This document shows positions 53,213 through 62,804 of a stretch of DNA of 64,000 nt, piece by piece. Made by a program: the position numbers and the translations under genes. The stretch's first letter is position 1, and each line of letters begins with the position of its first letter. Source of the stretch: Kiritimatiellia bacterium (GTDB lineage: Bacteria; Verrucomicrobiota; Kiritimatiellia; RFP12; UBA1067); NCBI GenBank assembly GCA_017628025.1, contig JAGBZX010000018.1:4786-68785 (forward strand), in the 5' to 3' direction. The notes beneath the pieces were generated by a model. That model saw only the letters and a list, made by a program, of their open reading frames with translations. It ran no database searches and was not told where the DNA came from.

Positions 53213-53782
53213 TTACGAAATTGATACTCCATTAAATTCATTCATCGCCTTTTGTGCGCCTTGGGTAATTAGACACTCAACAGCATTAGAAGCTACTTCA
53301 ACTATTTTTGTCGCTATCTCTCTAGCGCGCGGAGGAAATTTACCTAGCACATGGCCTATTACATTAGAGGCGTCCTTGCCCACACCAATCTTAACACGAA
53401 TAAAATCCTGCGTGCCAATTCGCTCTATGATATTTTTTATGCCATTATGCCCTCCCGCACTACCGCCTACACGGACACGTAAGCGCCCTAATGACATATC
53501 AATATCATCTTGAATAACAATTAAATCTCCAACAGAAGAATTAGAATACCTAAAAAGCGCAGCTACGCTTTCTCCTGATAGATTCATAAAAGTCTGAGGC
53601 TTAACTAAAGTAACTTTCTCTGATGCAATTGTTACCTCTGCTGCATAACACTGCGCTGCGCGCTTATGCACCCATTCGGCACCATAGCGCGCAGCAATGT
53701 AATCTACTGCCTCAAACCCAATCGAATGCGGTGTGCTTTCATATTTCACACCGGGATTGCCCAAGCCTACAACAATCTTCAC
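53213..53782 (-). CDS. pth: Peptidyl-tRNA hydrolase
   Basis: Contains VGLGNPGVKYESTPHSIGF and GGHNGIKNI motifs. Confidence 0.9.
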   Translation of the reverse strand: MKIVVGLGNPGVKYESTPHSIGFEAVDYIAARYGAEWVHKRAAQCYAAEVTIASEKVTLVKPQTFMNLSGESVAALFRYSNSSVGDLIVIQDDIDMSLGRLRVRVGGSAGGHNGIKNIIERIGTQDFIRVKIGVGKDASNVIGHVLGKFPPRAREIATKIVEVASNAVECLITQGAQKAMNEFNGVSIS

Positions 53783-54744
53783 TCGTGATTAAACAAATCG
53801 TTAATTGACTCATTAGCGTGAGTGCGACGAATCGCTTCGCCAATGAGAGGAGCTACTGAAAGACGAGTAAGCTTAAACGGCAAATTCGCAATATCAAAAC
53901 CTTCTCTCAAAGGAATCGTATCAGTCACTACAAGCTCATCAAGCTGCGTTTCGTGCATTAATCTATCGACACCCTTTGCTGTAAGTGGGAAGTGCGAAAC
54001 GAACGCGTGAACTGTGCGCGCACCATATTCGCGGCACATTTTTGCAGCGGCAGAAAGAGTGCCACCAGTAGCTGTCATATCGTCAATCATAATGACATCG
54101 CAATCTTTGACATCACCAACGACAGAAAACGCATCTACAGTAGAGTCACCAGTGCGCTGCTTAGCTACAATCGCTAAACCACAACCGAGCTTTCTGCTAT
54201 ACCCGTAAGCAGTTTTAGCCCCGCCCGTATCAGGCGAAACTACTACAGGCTTTGCCCAGTGTTGATCGCGAATGTAATCAAGAATAATTGGCTCGGCCTT
54301 AAGGTGATCTAAAGGAATATCAAAGAAGCCCTGAATTTGGTTCGCGTGAAGATCCATTGTCAAAACTCTGTCAGCACCTGCTGTCTCAAGGAGATTGGCG
54401 ATAAGACGAGCCGTAATGGGCACTCTAGGCTGATCCTTTCGATCCTGACGGGCATAGCCGTAGTAAGGAATAACAGCTGTAATACGCTTTGCACTGCCAC
54501 GCTTAAGAGCATCCATAATAATGAAAAGCTCCATGTATGACTGATTTGGCTCTGGGCTACCCGACTGTATTACAAATACATCCTTGCCACGAACACCTTC
54601 TGTAACTTGACAGAAAGTCTCTCCGTCTGGGAAGTGCTTAATATCAATTTTGTTAAGCGGATGACCAAGATACTCTGCTACCTTTTCTGCTAAAGGCAAA
54701 TTCGCCGTGCCAGAAAACACCATTATTTCATCATTGCAACTCAT
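53779..54744 (-). CDS. prs: Ribose-phosphate pyrophosphokinase
   Basis: Contains the PRPP-binding loop VIMIDDMTATGGTL and YYGYARQDRK. I prefer the start at 54744 (MSCNDEIMVFSG..), which forms an ATGA overlap with the upstream stop. The track ORF extends to 54810. Confidence 0.9.
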   Translation of the reverse strand: MSCNDEIMVFSGTANLPLAEKVAEYLGHPLNKIDIKHFPDGETFCQVTEGVRGKDVFVIQSGSPEPNQSYMELFIIMDALKRGSAKRITAVIPYYGYARQDRKDQPRVPITARLIANLLETAGADRVLTMDLHANQIQGFFDIPLDHLKAEPIILDYIRDQHWAKPVVVSPDTGGAKTAYGYSRKLGCGLAIVAKQRTGDSTVDAFSVVGDVKDCDVIMIDDMTATGGTLSAAAKMCREYGARTVHAFVSHFPLTAKGVDRLMHETQLDELVVTDTIPLREGFDIANLPFKLTRLSVAPLIGEAIRRTHANESINDLFNHE

Positions 54745-56228
54745 TTTGACCCTTTCTCTGCGTTTGACGCGCAGCAGGCATGTGGACAACCAGAACACGG
54801 CATTGAACACCCGCCGGCTAGCGAGATATCTCGGCCGTCAAAGCAATACGTACAAAGCGACTGACGCGGCAAACCAATAGATTCGACAAGATCATCAAGT
54901 CGCTGAAATTCAAGAGAAGTCAAGTTAAGCTTACCGCGGATATACTCAACCATTTCGCGATATTCTACACTATCTGGATTAACATATTTTGTTATATCCG
55001 CACCTACTCCCTCTTTGCCGCGTATATAGCGACGCGTAATAAGATCATACTCACTTTTTGAGCGAGAGAAATTAATGAATTTACATGGGAATAAAATAGG
55101 TGGGCATGCTATACGTACATGGGTCTCTAAGCAACCTTCTGCATAAAGCCTCGTAGCTTGCTTGCCAAGTTGCGTGCCGCGGACAACTGAATCATCACAA
55201 AACACTAATCGCTTATCACGAATTAATCCTGGTATCGGGATTAATTTCATTGAAGCTACTCTTTCGCGTTGCCTTTGATCACTGGGCATAAATGAACGCG
55301 CCCAAGTTGGCGTGTATTTAACGAACGGCCTAGCGTATTTCACTCCTGCTTCATGAGCATACCCTAACGCATGGGAAATACCACTATCTGGAATACCACA
55401 AGCTGCATCTGCCTTAACAGGATAACGCCTAGCAAGATATGCGCCACTACGATATCTAGCCATTTCTACATTACGCCCCTCATAGGTAGATGCTGGGTAG
55501 CCGTAATAAACCCAAAGAAAAGCACAAATAGCCTTCTTTTGTCCTGGAGGAATCACCACCTGTTCAGAATCAGGAGACAAAACAACCATCTCTCCTGGAC
55601 CTAAATCTCTAACGTGTGTATATCCAAGATTTGGCAACGCACAACTTTCCATGACAGCAATCATAGACTTGTCGCTTCGACCAATGACAACTGGTGTACG
55701 CGCAAATTTATCGCGGGCGGCATATATCTCGCCCTTCTCTGTCATAATAAGTATAGAACAAGACCCTTGAATCTTAGATTGAACGTATTTTACGCCTTCT
55801 ACAATCGAGTCTTGAGTAGCAATAAGAGCCGAAACAACCTCTGTTGGCCCAACCATGCCACTAGTCGTCGAAAATTGCAATTGCGAGGAGTTACTCGAAA
55901 ACAATTCATTTTTCAACTCCTCAATATTCGTTATTAGCCCTACGGTAACTATCGCAAATGTGCCTAACTTTGAGCACATTACCAACGGCTGAGGATCAGT
56001 GTCTGAAATTACACCAATTCCAGAGTTGCCACTAAAACGAGCAAAGTCGTTTTCGAACTTTGATCTAAAAGGTGAATTCTGAATATTATGAATAGACCTT
56101 TGAAACCCATCCTTACTTAAAACTGCCATTCCCCCGCGGTGAGTACCGAGGTGGGAATGGTAATCAGTTGCGAAGAACAAATCGCTTACGCAATCTTCCT
56201 TCGAGACAACTCCACAAAAACCGCCCAT
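54741..56228 (-). CDS. Amidophosphoribosyltransferase-like class-II (Ntn) glutamine amidotransferase with a PRT domain
   Basis: The N-terminus MGGFCGV carries the Cys nucleophile. The PRT loop is LVFCDDSVVRGTQL. It has an unusual Cys-rich C-terminal tail (CTYCFDG..GGCSMPCSGCPHACC). Confidence 0.7.
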   Translation of the reverse strand: MGGFCGVVSKEDCVSDLFFATDYHSHLGTHRGGMAVLSKDGFQRSIHNIQNSPFRSKFENDFARFSGNSGIGVISDTDPQPLVMCSKLGTFAIVTVGLITNIEELKNELFSSNSSQLQFSTTSGMVGPTEVVSALIATQDSIVEGVKYVQSKIQGSCSILIMTEKGEIYAARDKFARTPVVIGRSDKSMIAVMESCALPNLGYTHVRDLGPGEMVVLSPDSEQVVIPPGQKKAICAFLWVYYGYPASTYEGRNVEMARYRSGAYLARRYPVKADAACGIPDSGISHALGYAHEAGVKYARPFVKYTPTWARSFMPSDQRQRERVASMKLIPIPGLIRDKRLVFCDDSVVRGTQLGKQATRLYAEGCLETHVRIACPPILFPCKFINFSRSKSEYDLITRRYIRGKEGVGADITKYVNPDSVEYREMVEYIRGKLNLTSLEFQRLDDLVESIGLPRQSLCTYCFDGRDISLAGGCSMPCSGCPHACCASNAEKGSK

Positions 56229-56242
56229 GGCTAGTATCGAAA

Positions 56243-58795
56243 TTATCGTTCTTCTGCTTCAAACTCAGGGCGATTACCCTTGTACCACCAATACATAATT
56301 GGCGTAGCAATGAAGACAGACGAATAAGTACCAGCGATAACGCCAATAAGCATCACAAGAGCAAAGTCAAAGATTGAGCCGTCACCAAACGCGAAGAGCG
56401 CGAGAACTGCAAAGAACGTCGTAAGAGACGTAATTACTGTACGCGAAAGCGACGCATTAAGAGCAGTATTGCAAAGGTCATAGAATTTGAGGCTCTTATC
56501 ACGACGAAGCATCTCGCGAATACGGTCAAAAATAACTACTGTATCATTTACAGAGTAACCGATAATCGTAAGGATTGCCATAATAACAATCAAAGAAATC
56601 TGTCTACCGCAAAGAGAGAATAGGCCAATAGAAATAAGCGCGTCGTGAGCAAGAGCCACTAGAGCACCTAAACCAAAGCCGAATCTAAAGCGGAAGCCAA
56701 CATATACAAGGATTGCAATCAAAGAGAAAACAACTGCATATGTTCCACTTTCTTTAAGATCCTTGCCGACGATCGAACCGACTTCATCTACAGAGGAAGC
56801 TACAAACATCGCCTCTGGGAACTTAGCGTTCAGAAGCTTTGTGATATAAGCGGCAACGTCCTTACCTTCGAGAGCTGCACCCTTCTTTGTTTCTGCCGTT
56901 TCACCAGTTTTCAAAAGGAGCGTAGTATCGCCAACGCCATATTGGAACTGAATGACCGCAGCATTATCAAAATCATTGATGGCCTTACGGATTTCAGACT
57001 CAGCAGGTCTTGCTTCCTGTTTGAAGTCATAAACAATTGATGTACCACCAGTAAGATCAACAGAAAGAACAGCTGCTTTATTTGTCAACAATCTTGTTGC
57101 AAAAATCGCTAAGGAAACAGCAACAATCACAAATGAAATACCGACAGTATACTTTGTTACCTTAAGGAAATCAAAGTCTGAATTCTTAAATAAGGCAAGC
57201 ATCTTGAACGGTTTCGCACGCGATGGATCAACGGTATGATCGAAAATAAGGCGCGTAACTACAACAGCAGTAAACATCGAAATAACAACACCGGCTGTGA
57301 GTGTAATTGCAAAGCCACGAACAGGACCGGTGCCAACTGCAAAGAGAATAATACCAGTTATGATGGTTGTTAAGTTTGAGTCAAAAATAGCAGTAAACGC
57401 ACGACCATAGCCGTTTTTAATTGCTTCACCAGCATTCCTACCCATAAGGAATTCTTCTCTAATTCTTTCAAAAATAAGAACGTTAGCATCTACAGCCATA
57501 CCAAGCGAAAGAACGAGACCAGCGATACCAGGCATCGTCAACACAGGCAATTGCATCGATCCGCCACCACCCATTGAAGGATCGTGCGCAAAGACACCGA
57601 GAATGTTAGCGCAGATAACTAAAGCCGTTGGGAGCAACGCAATATCAAGGAAAAGCGCCACATTAGCAACTAGACCAGAGAACCAATAATAGATAAACAT
57701 GAAAATCGCGACGAGGATAAAGCCAAAACCTGCCGCAACAATGCCTGCCTGAATAGCGTCTTGGCCAACGGTTGGAGCAACGCTAGACTCAGCAAGAATG
57801 CAAAGAGGAGCAGGAAGAGCACCAGCATTAAGCTCGTTTGCGAGTTTCTGAGCACTTGCACCATCAAAACGACCAGAAATCTGGCCATTGGCACCGATTT
57901 CGTCATTGATAACTGGAGCAGAGATAAGCTGGTTGTCAAGCACAATCGCAAGCTGACGACCGACCGGGGATGGATTCTTTACACCATTTGGCTTAAAGTT
58001 TCTAGTAAGAGTTGAGAATTTCTGCGCGCCTTCAGCGTTAAGTCTAAAGGAAATTACAATCTCTCCGGAAGTAGGATTGCGGTCAACAACAGCAGAAACG
58101 AGGTGCTCGCCAGTTACACGAGGCTCTGTGCGACGAGCGACAAAATTAGGAGCGTATGTACCATCACCATTATCTTCAAGCATGAACTGATAACGAGAGT
58201 CTGGAGTTTGCCATGCTGCAAGTCTAGCAGCATAACCAGGGGTGCGGCTAACTTCTGCCCAGTTGGCGGCACGCGCATAACCATTGCCCTTGCGCTCGTA
58301 ACCTTCTGGGGCGATATCCTTAGAAAGGAGTTTTGCAACAAGCTGAGAATTCTTAGAGTGTGTTAAGCGAAATTCAAGAAACGCCGCGCTCTGAAGGTTT
58401 GCCTTAGCTGCTTTACGAACTTCTTCATCGACACCAGGAAGCTGAACGAGAAGACGGTGGTCTTTAAGACCTTGAATAACAGGCTCATTCGTACCCATCG
58501 CATCTACGCGGCGGCGGATAACTTGAATAATACGATCATCACAACCCTGAAGCGTTTCTTCGACCTTTTTGTCAAGAGCGGCAGGGTTATTTGTTATGCT
58601 AGGATTATCTGCAATGATAGACTCTTTTAGGCTGTCGATGTCAACACCGAGCGTGAAAGATGTTCCGCCTTTAAGATCGAGTCCAAACCTAAATTTCTCT
58701 TTAGGTGGATTGCAAATATAAAACGACGTCGCCGCAATAAGGCCCAACGCGAGCCATTTCCAAATATTATTACGCATTACCGATTCTTTAGCCAT
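56243..58795 (-). CDS. secDF: Protein translocase subunit SecDF (fused SecD-SecF)
   Basis: It has two 6-TM bundles and a large periplasmic P1 domain, with motifs LDLKGGTSF and DANVLIFERIRE. I prefer the start at 58795 (MAKESVMRNNIWKW..) with an AAGAGG SD. The track start is 58843. Confidence 0.9.
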   Translation of the reverse strand: MAKESVMRNNIWKWLALGLIAATSFYICNPPKEKFRFGLDLKGGTSFTLGVDIDSLKESIIADNPSITNNPAALDKKVEETLQGCDDRIIQVIRRRVDAMGTNEPVIQGLKDHRLLVQLPGVDEEVRKAAKANLQSAAFLEFRLTHSKNSQLVAKLLSKDIAPEGYERKGNGYARAANWAEVSRTPGYAARLAAWQTPDSRYQFMLEDNGDGTYAPNFVARRTEPRVTGEHLVSAVVDRNPTSGEIVISFRLNAEGAQKFSTLTRNFKPNGVKNPSPVGRQLAIVLDNQLISAPVINDEIGANGQISGRFDGASAQKLANELNAGALPAPLCILAESSVAPTVGQDAIQAGIVAAGFGFILVAIFMFIYYWFSGLVANVALFLDIALLPTALVICANILGVFAHDPSMGGGGSMQLPVLTMPGIAGLVLSLGMAVDANVLIFERIREEFLMGRNAGEAIKNGYGRAFTAIFDSNLTTIITGIILFAVGTGPVRGFAITLTAGVVISMFTAVVVTRLIFDHTVDPSRAKPFKMLALFKNSDFDFLKVTKYTVGISFVIVAVSLAIFATRLLTNKAAVLSVDLTGGTSIVYDFKQEARPAESEIRKAINDFDNAAVIQFQYGVGDTTLLLKTGETAETKKGAALEGKDVAAYITKLLNAKFPEAMFVASSVDEVGSIVGKDLKESGTYAVVFSLIAILVYVGFRFRFGFGLGALVALAHDALISIGLFSLCGRQISLIVIMAILTIIGYSVNDTVVIFDRIREMLRRDKSLKFYDLCNTALNASLSRTVITSLTTFFAVLALFAFGDGSIFDFALVMLIGVIAGTYSSVFIATPIMYWWYKGNRPEFEAEER

Positions 58796-58937
58796 TATTG
58801 ATACCTCTTTATCTTTTGTGAAAAGTATCTCATAGTATATCAAATTTTACCTATAAAAACAAAGGCGAAATTACTTTCAGAAAATTGACTCACTTGACTT
58901 GCAATTTACCGGCGAAATTACAAGTGTTGGGAATATC

Positions 58938-60305
58938 TCAAAGATTGCCTAACAAATAGATAAATAAAGCGATAACTATAAGAGGAAGAACCCATCTACA
59001 ATAAACTCGCATAAGCCTAGGCATTTTTATTCCTTGCCCAGAATTGGCCTCCTTTAAAAAGCCTTCCCAGCCCCAGCCGCATTTGAGAGTACAAAATAAC
59101 ACAAATGCAAGAGCCCCAAAAGGAAGAATAAATGTACTAAGTACAAAATCTTCTAAATCTAAAATCGTGGTACCCTTACCCATAGGCGAAATATCTTTCC
59201 AAAGATTGAATCCAAATATACAAGGAAGTGCTAATGCAGTTAGTGAAATAGCCACAATAACACATATCTTTCGCCTACTTATAGAAAGATAATCGCACAA
59301 ACTAGCAACTATCGCTTCAAAAACAGCTAATACCGTCGAAAATGCTGCAAAAGACATTAACAAAAAGAACATCGCCGCACACACTTGGCCATATGGCATA
59401 TGTATAAAGACATTTGGCAAAGTTACAAAAACTAAACCTGGACCTTGAGAAGGCGACACCCCACAGGCAAAACACGCTGGTATCACTACTAGGCCAGCTA
59501 TTATAGCAACAAATGTATCAAGACAAGCGACAGAAATCGATTCGCCTAATAAAGAGCGTTTCTTGTCAATATACGAGCCGAATATAGCCATAGATCCAAC
59601 ACCAAGCGACAAAGTAAAAAACGCCTGATTCATGGCCGCACCTAAAAGCTTTGCTAAACCTATCTGCCTAACTCGTTCTATATTTGGGAGTAAATAAAAC
59701 TGAACTCCTTTAATAGCTCCATCTAAAGTGCATGATCTAATAGCTAAAAGGGTTATTAGTATAAACAAGGAAGACATCATCCATTTTGAAACTCTCTCAA
59801 CACCCTTCTCTACACCTATGACACATACGATTGCAGCTACTACTACCATAACAGTTGAGGATGCAAATTGCAAAGGCCAGTTCTGTAAAAGACCACTAAA
59901 CTCTGTCGCAGCACTTTGCGCAGTTATACCTTCAAAGCCAGAACAAAGGCTTTTCACAAAATAAATAGCCATCCATCCAGAAACTGTAGTATAAAACATC
60001 ATAAGAAGCGTATTACCTGTCAAGCCCCAAAGACCGTGGATGCGCCATAGCGGTTTATCTGGGCGTAATCTTTTATGTAGTAATGCTAATGATGACGACG
60101 CTGCTCGACCCGCGGCAAATTCCATAGTTAAAATTGGAACACCAAGCAAAAGCAAACAAAGCAAATATGTTAAAACAAAAATCCCACCGCCATACTCTCC
60201 AGCAACATAAGGAAAGCGCCAAACATTACCAATACCTACTGCACAACCAACACTAATAAGAATAAAACCTAGACGTGTTGATATCTTCTGGCTACCTGAA
60301 CTCAT
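58938..60305 (-). CDS. Sodium-dependent transporter, SNF (neurotransmitter:sodium symporter) family
   Basis: It has the GNVWRFPY motif in TM1 and a predicted 11-12 TM topology. Confidence 0.85.
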   Translation of the reverse strand: MSSGSQKISTRLGFILISVGCAVGIGNVWRFPYVAGEYGGGIFVLTYLLCLLLLGVPILTMEFAAGRAASSSLALLHKRLRPDKPLWRIHGLWGLTGNTLLMMFYTTVSGWMAIYFVKSLCSGFEGITAQSAATEFSGLLQNWPLQFASSTVMVVVAAIVCVIGVEKGVERVSKWMMSSLFILITLLAIRSCTLDGAIKGVQFYLLPNIERVRQIGLAKLLGAAMNQAFFTLSLGVGSMAIFGSYIDKKRSLLGESISVACLDTFVAIIAGLVVIPACFACGVSPSQGPGLVFVTLPNVFIHMPYGQVCAAMFFLLMSFAAFSTVLAVFEAIVASLCDYLSISRRKICVIVAISLTALALPCIFGFNLWKDISPMGKGTTILDLEDFVLSTFILPFGALAFVLFCTLKCGWGWEGFLKEANSGQGIKMPRLMRVYCRWVLPLIVIALFIYLLGNL

Positions 60306-61102
60306 CTTCTAAAATGTCCTAAATACGTTTCTTGATCTTCAAATTGATTAAATGCATACCCTATTGCTTGAGGGCAATGCGCATCTGATGAAAGAATAAA
60401 GCTTACTCCTCTAGCACGAAGAAGTGAGCGAAAGAAAGCTGACGGATAAGCATCTTGCAAATACCCGCGATATATTGCCCCAGTATTAACCTCTACTATT
60501 TTGTTAGAGGTTGCTATAGCATCGGCAGTTGCTTCAAGTTCGCCCTTGTACCACGCATCGGACTCATCAAAAAATATAGAATTAGAATTAAACTTGCGAA
60601 CCAAATCTGCGTGTCCTATAATATCAAAATCACAAGTCTCCACCATTAAACGCTCTTGACGAAAGTAATCTTTTACGAATAAAGAAAAATCTCCATCGTA
60701 ATTTTGTTCTACACCTTCCTTTAAATTTTCTGGCGACATATCAACTATAACATTTGCGCCAGTTGGAGAAGCAACAAAATGCACCGAACCTATAATGTAG
60801 TCGGGCGAGATGTCACTATATACCTTGCGGTCGCAAGTTGCCACACCTGGCAAAAAATCAGCCTCTACACCAAGTGATATTTCTATTTTGTTTTTATAAC
60901 TCTCAGCAACTTCTCTAACATCAGCAGCATATCGCGGCGCTTTCGCTACCGTCAAAGCCCAGTCAAGCATATCTGAAGGCAACATTGAATGAGAAGAGAA
61001 GCCTAATTTGCAAAACCCTTTCTCAATCGCCGCCAAAGCCATCTCTTCAACTCCAGCGCGTCCGTCGCACCATTTCGTGTGACAGTGAAAATCTGATTTC
61101 AT
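60302..61102 (-). CDS. PHP-family histidinol-phosphatase-like phosphoesterase (HisJ type)
   Basis: Contains SDFHCHTKWCDG, SSHS, GSVH, IIGHADL and SSDAH metal-ligand segments. Confidence 0.7.
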   Translation of the reverse strand: MKSDFHCHTKWCDGRAGVEEMALAAIEKGFCKLGFSSHSMLPSDMLDWALTVAKAPRYAADVREVAESYKNKIEISLGVEADFLPGVATCDRKVYSDISPDYIIGSVHFVASPTGANVIVDMSPENLKEGVEQNYDGDFSLFVKDYFRQERLMVETCDFDIIGHADLVRKFNSNSIFFDESDAWYKGELEATADAIATSNKIVEVNTGAIYRGYLQDAYPSAFFRSLLRARGVSFILSSDAHCPQAIGYAFNQFEDQETYLGHFRR

Positions 61103-61902
61103 TTTGTTGTCTTAAGATGCCTATGCGGGCGATGATTTGCGACAATGCGAGAGACACCAACTAATAGGCAAGTAAGAACTAGCATTATCGTCGAAAGAGA
61201 ATTTATTACTGGCATTTGCCTAGAATGCTTAATCATTGAATAGATCTTAAGCGGCAAAGTATCAGCACCAGGACCAGTAACAAAAAACGTTATTACAAAA
61301 TCATCAATTGAAAGCGTAAATGCCAAAAGTCCGCCAGCCACTATTCCTGGCATAAGAATAGGGAGGGTAACATGAAAGAAGGTATAAAGCCCACCTGCTC
61401 CTAAATCGTAAGCAGCCTCGGTGATTCGATCATCAAAATCCTGTAATCGAGCCAATACTGTCATCGTAACATAAGAGATACAAAATGTTATATGAGCAAT
61501 AATAATCGTCAGTAGTCCACATGGTATCTTAAGCGAGGCAAACATCATTAGAAGCGATATACCCATCAATATTTCAGGCACAACAAGCGGAGTATAAATT
61601 AACCCAAAATGCACCGTCTGCAGTCTACCCTTCCATTTATTTAACGCCATTGCAGCCGTAGTCCCTAGCACACAACTAACTACTGTAGCAATAGCTGCTA
61701 CAAGTAAAGAACGCTTGAAGGACATCCAAATCTCTCTATTACGCGGCGAAAAAAGCGCCGCATACCAGTCAAAGGTAAATCCTGCCCATTCGCCTCCGAA
61801 TTTTGCTGCATTAAACGAATTGCCAACTAAAACAAAAATAGGCAAATACAAGAAAACTAGAACTAACGCAAGTATAACTATGCAAAAAGCCGATTTCTTC
61901 AT
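61099..61902 (-). CDS. potC: ABC transporter permease, spermidine/putrescine type (PotC-like)
   Basis: It has 6 TM helices and the EAA-loop ITEAAYDLGAGGLYTFFHVTLP. Confidence 0.75.
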   Translation of the reverse strand: MKKSAFCIVILALVLVFLYLPIFVLVGNSFNAAKFGGEWAGFTFDWYAALFSPRNREIWMSFKRSLLVAAIATVVSCVLGTTAAMALNKWKGRLQTVHFGLIYTPLVVPEILMGISLLMMFASLKIPCGLLTIIIAHITFCISYVTMTVLARLQDFDDRITEAAYDLGAGGLYTFFHVTLPILMPGIVAGGLLAFTLSIDDFVITFFVTGPGADTLPLKIYSMIKHSRQMPVINSLSTIMLVLTCLLVGVSRIVANHRPHRHLKTTK

Positions 61903-62804
61903 GCTGCACCTCCTGAAATTCTACGAGATGTAGCCTCTGCCAAACGCTTTGCCTCACGCTCGTCTTGGCGCTTCATCCACCAAGCAACACAACCTAACGG
62001 CAACAATACTGCTACTGCAGTTAGACCAGCAAGCGCCGAGGCGTGGGGCAAATTACGATCTGGGAATGTGCGCTGATATATCTTATTACCAATAAGTTCA
62101 GAATCTGTTCCACCAACTAAATCAGGAATAACATAAGAACCAATAGCGGGAATAAATACCATCAATACCGCGCTTATAACTCCACGTCTTACGCCTGGTA
62201 AGAATATTTTGCGAAACGCAAAAAAGCTCCTCGCACCAAGATCTCTGGCAGCCTCAAGAAGCGAAAAATCAAACTTCTCCGCAGCAGCATATATCGGCAT
62301 TATCGCAAATGGAAGAAAGGAATAAACTGATACCACAAGAATCGCACCAGAATTGTAATTAAGAGAAACTGATTGATCAATAATACCTATTGATGAAAGC
62401 AACCCCTGTAAAAAGCCTTCTGGATTTAATAGCGTGCGCCAAGCGAAAACGCGAACAATAAAACTCGTCCAAAAAGGTAGCATAATAAGCCCTGCGACCG
62501 CCGCTCGCCATTTCGTCGTCATTCGCGCAATAGCATACGCACATGGCAACGATAGGATTACGCAAAAAAACGTAGTAAGCGCAGATATCCAAATCGTACG
62601 CCAAACAATAGCTGGATAGTTAGGATTGGAAATGCTGCGCCATGTAGCAAGCGTAAACCCAGGGGCAATGCCGCCGTCGGGACTTGCGGCATGAAAAGCT
62701 ATCGATAAAACGATAACAGTTGGCACTACAAAGAAAAACGAAAGCCAGAGGAAACTTGGCATCGTTAGACCAACTTCGCGAAGCTTATTGCGAACACCGA
62801 CCAT
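61899..62804 (-). CDS. potB: ABC transporter permease, spermidine/putrescine type (PotB-like)
   Basis: It has the EAA-loop LLEAARDLGARSFFAFRKIFLP and overlaps potC by 4 nt. Confidence 0.75.
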   Translation of the reverse strand: MVGVRNKLREVGLTMPSFLWLSFFFVVPTVIVLSIAFHAASPDGGIAPGFTLATWRSISNPNYPAIVWRTIWISALTTFFCVILSLPCAYAIARMTTKWRAAVAGLIMLPFWTSFIVRVFAWRTLLNPEGFLQGLLSSIGIIDQSVSLNYNSGAILVVSVYSFLPFAIMPIYAAAEKFDFSLLEAARDLGARSFFAFRKIFLPGVRRGVISAVLMVFIPAIGSYVIPDLVGGTDSELIGNKIYQRTFPDRNLPHASALAGLTAVAVLLPLGCVAWWMKRQDEREAKRLAEATSRRISGGAA

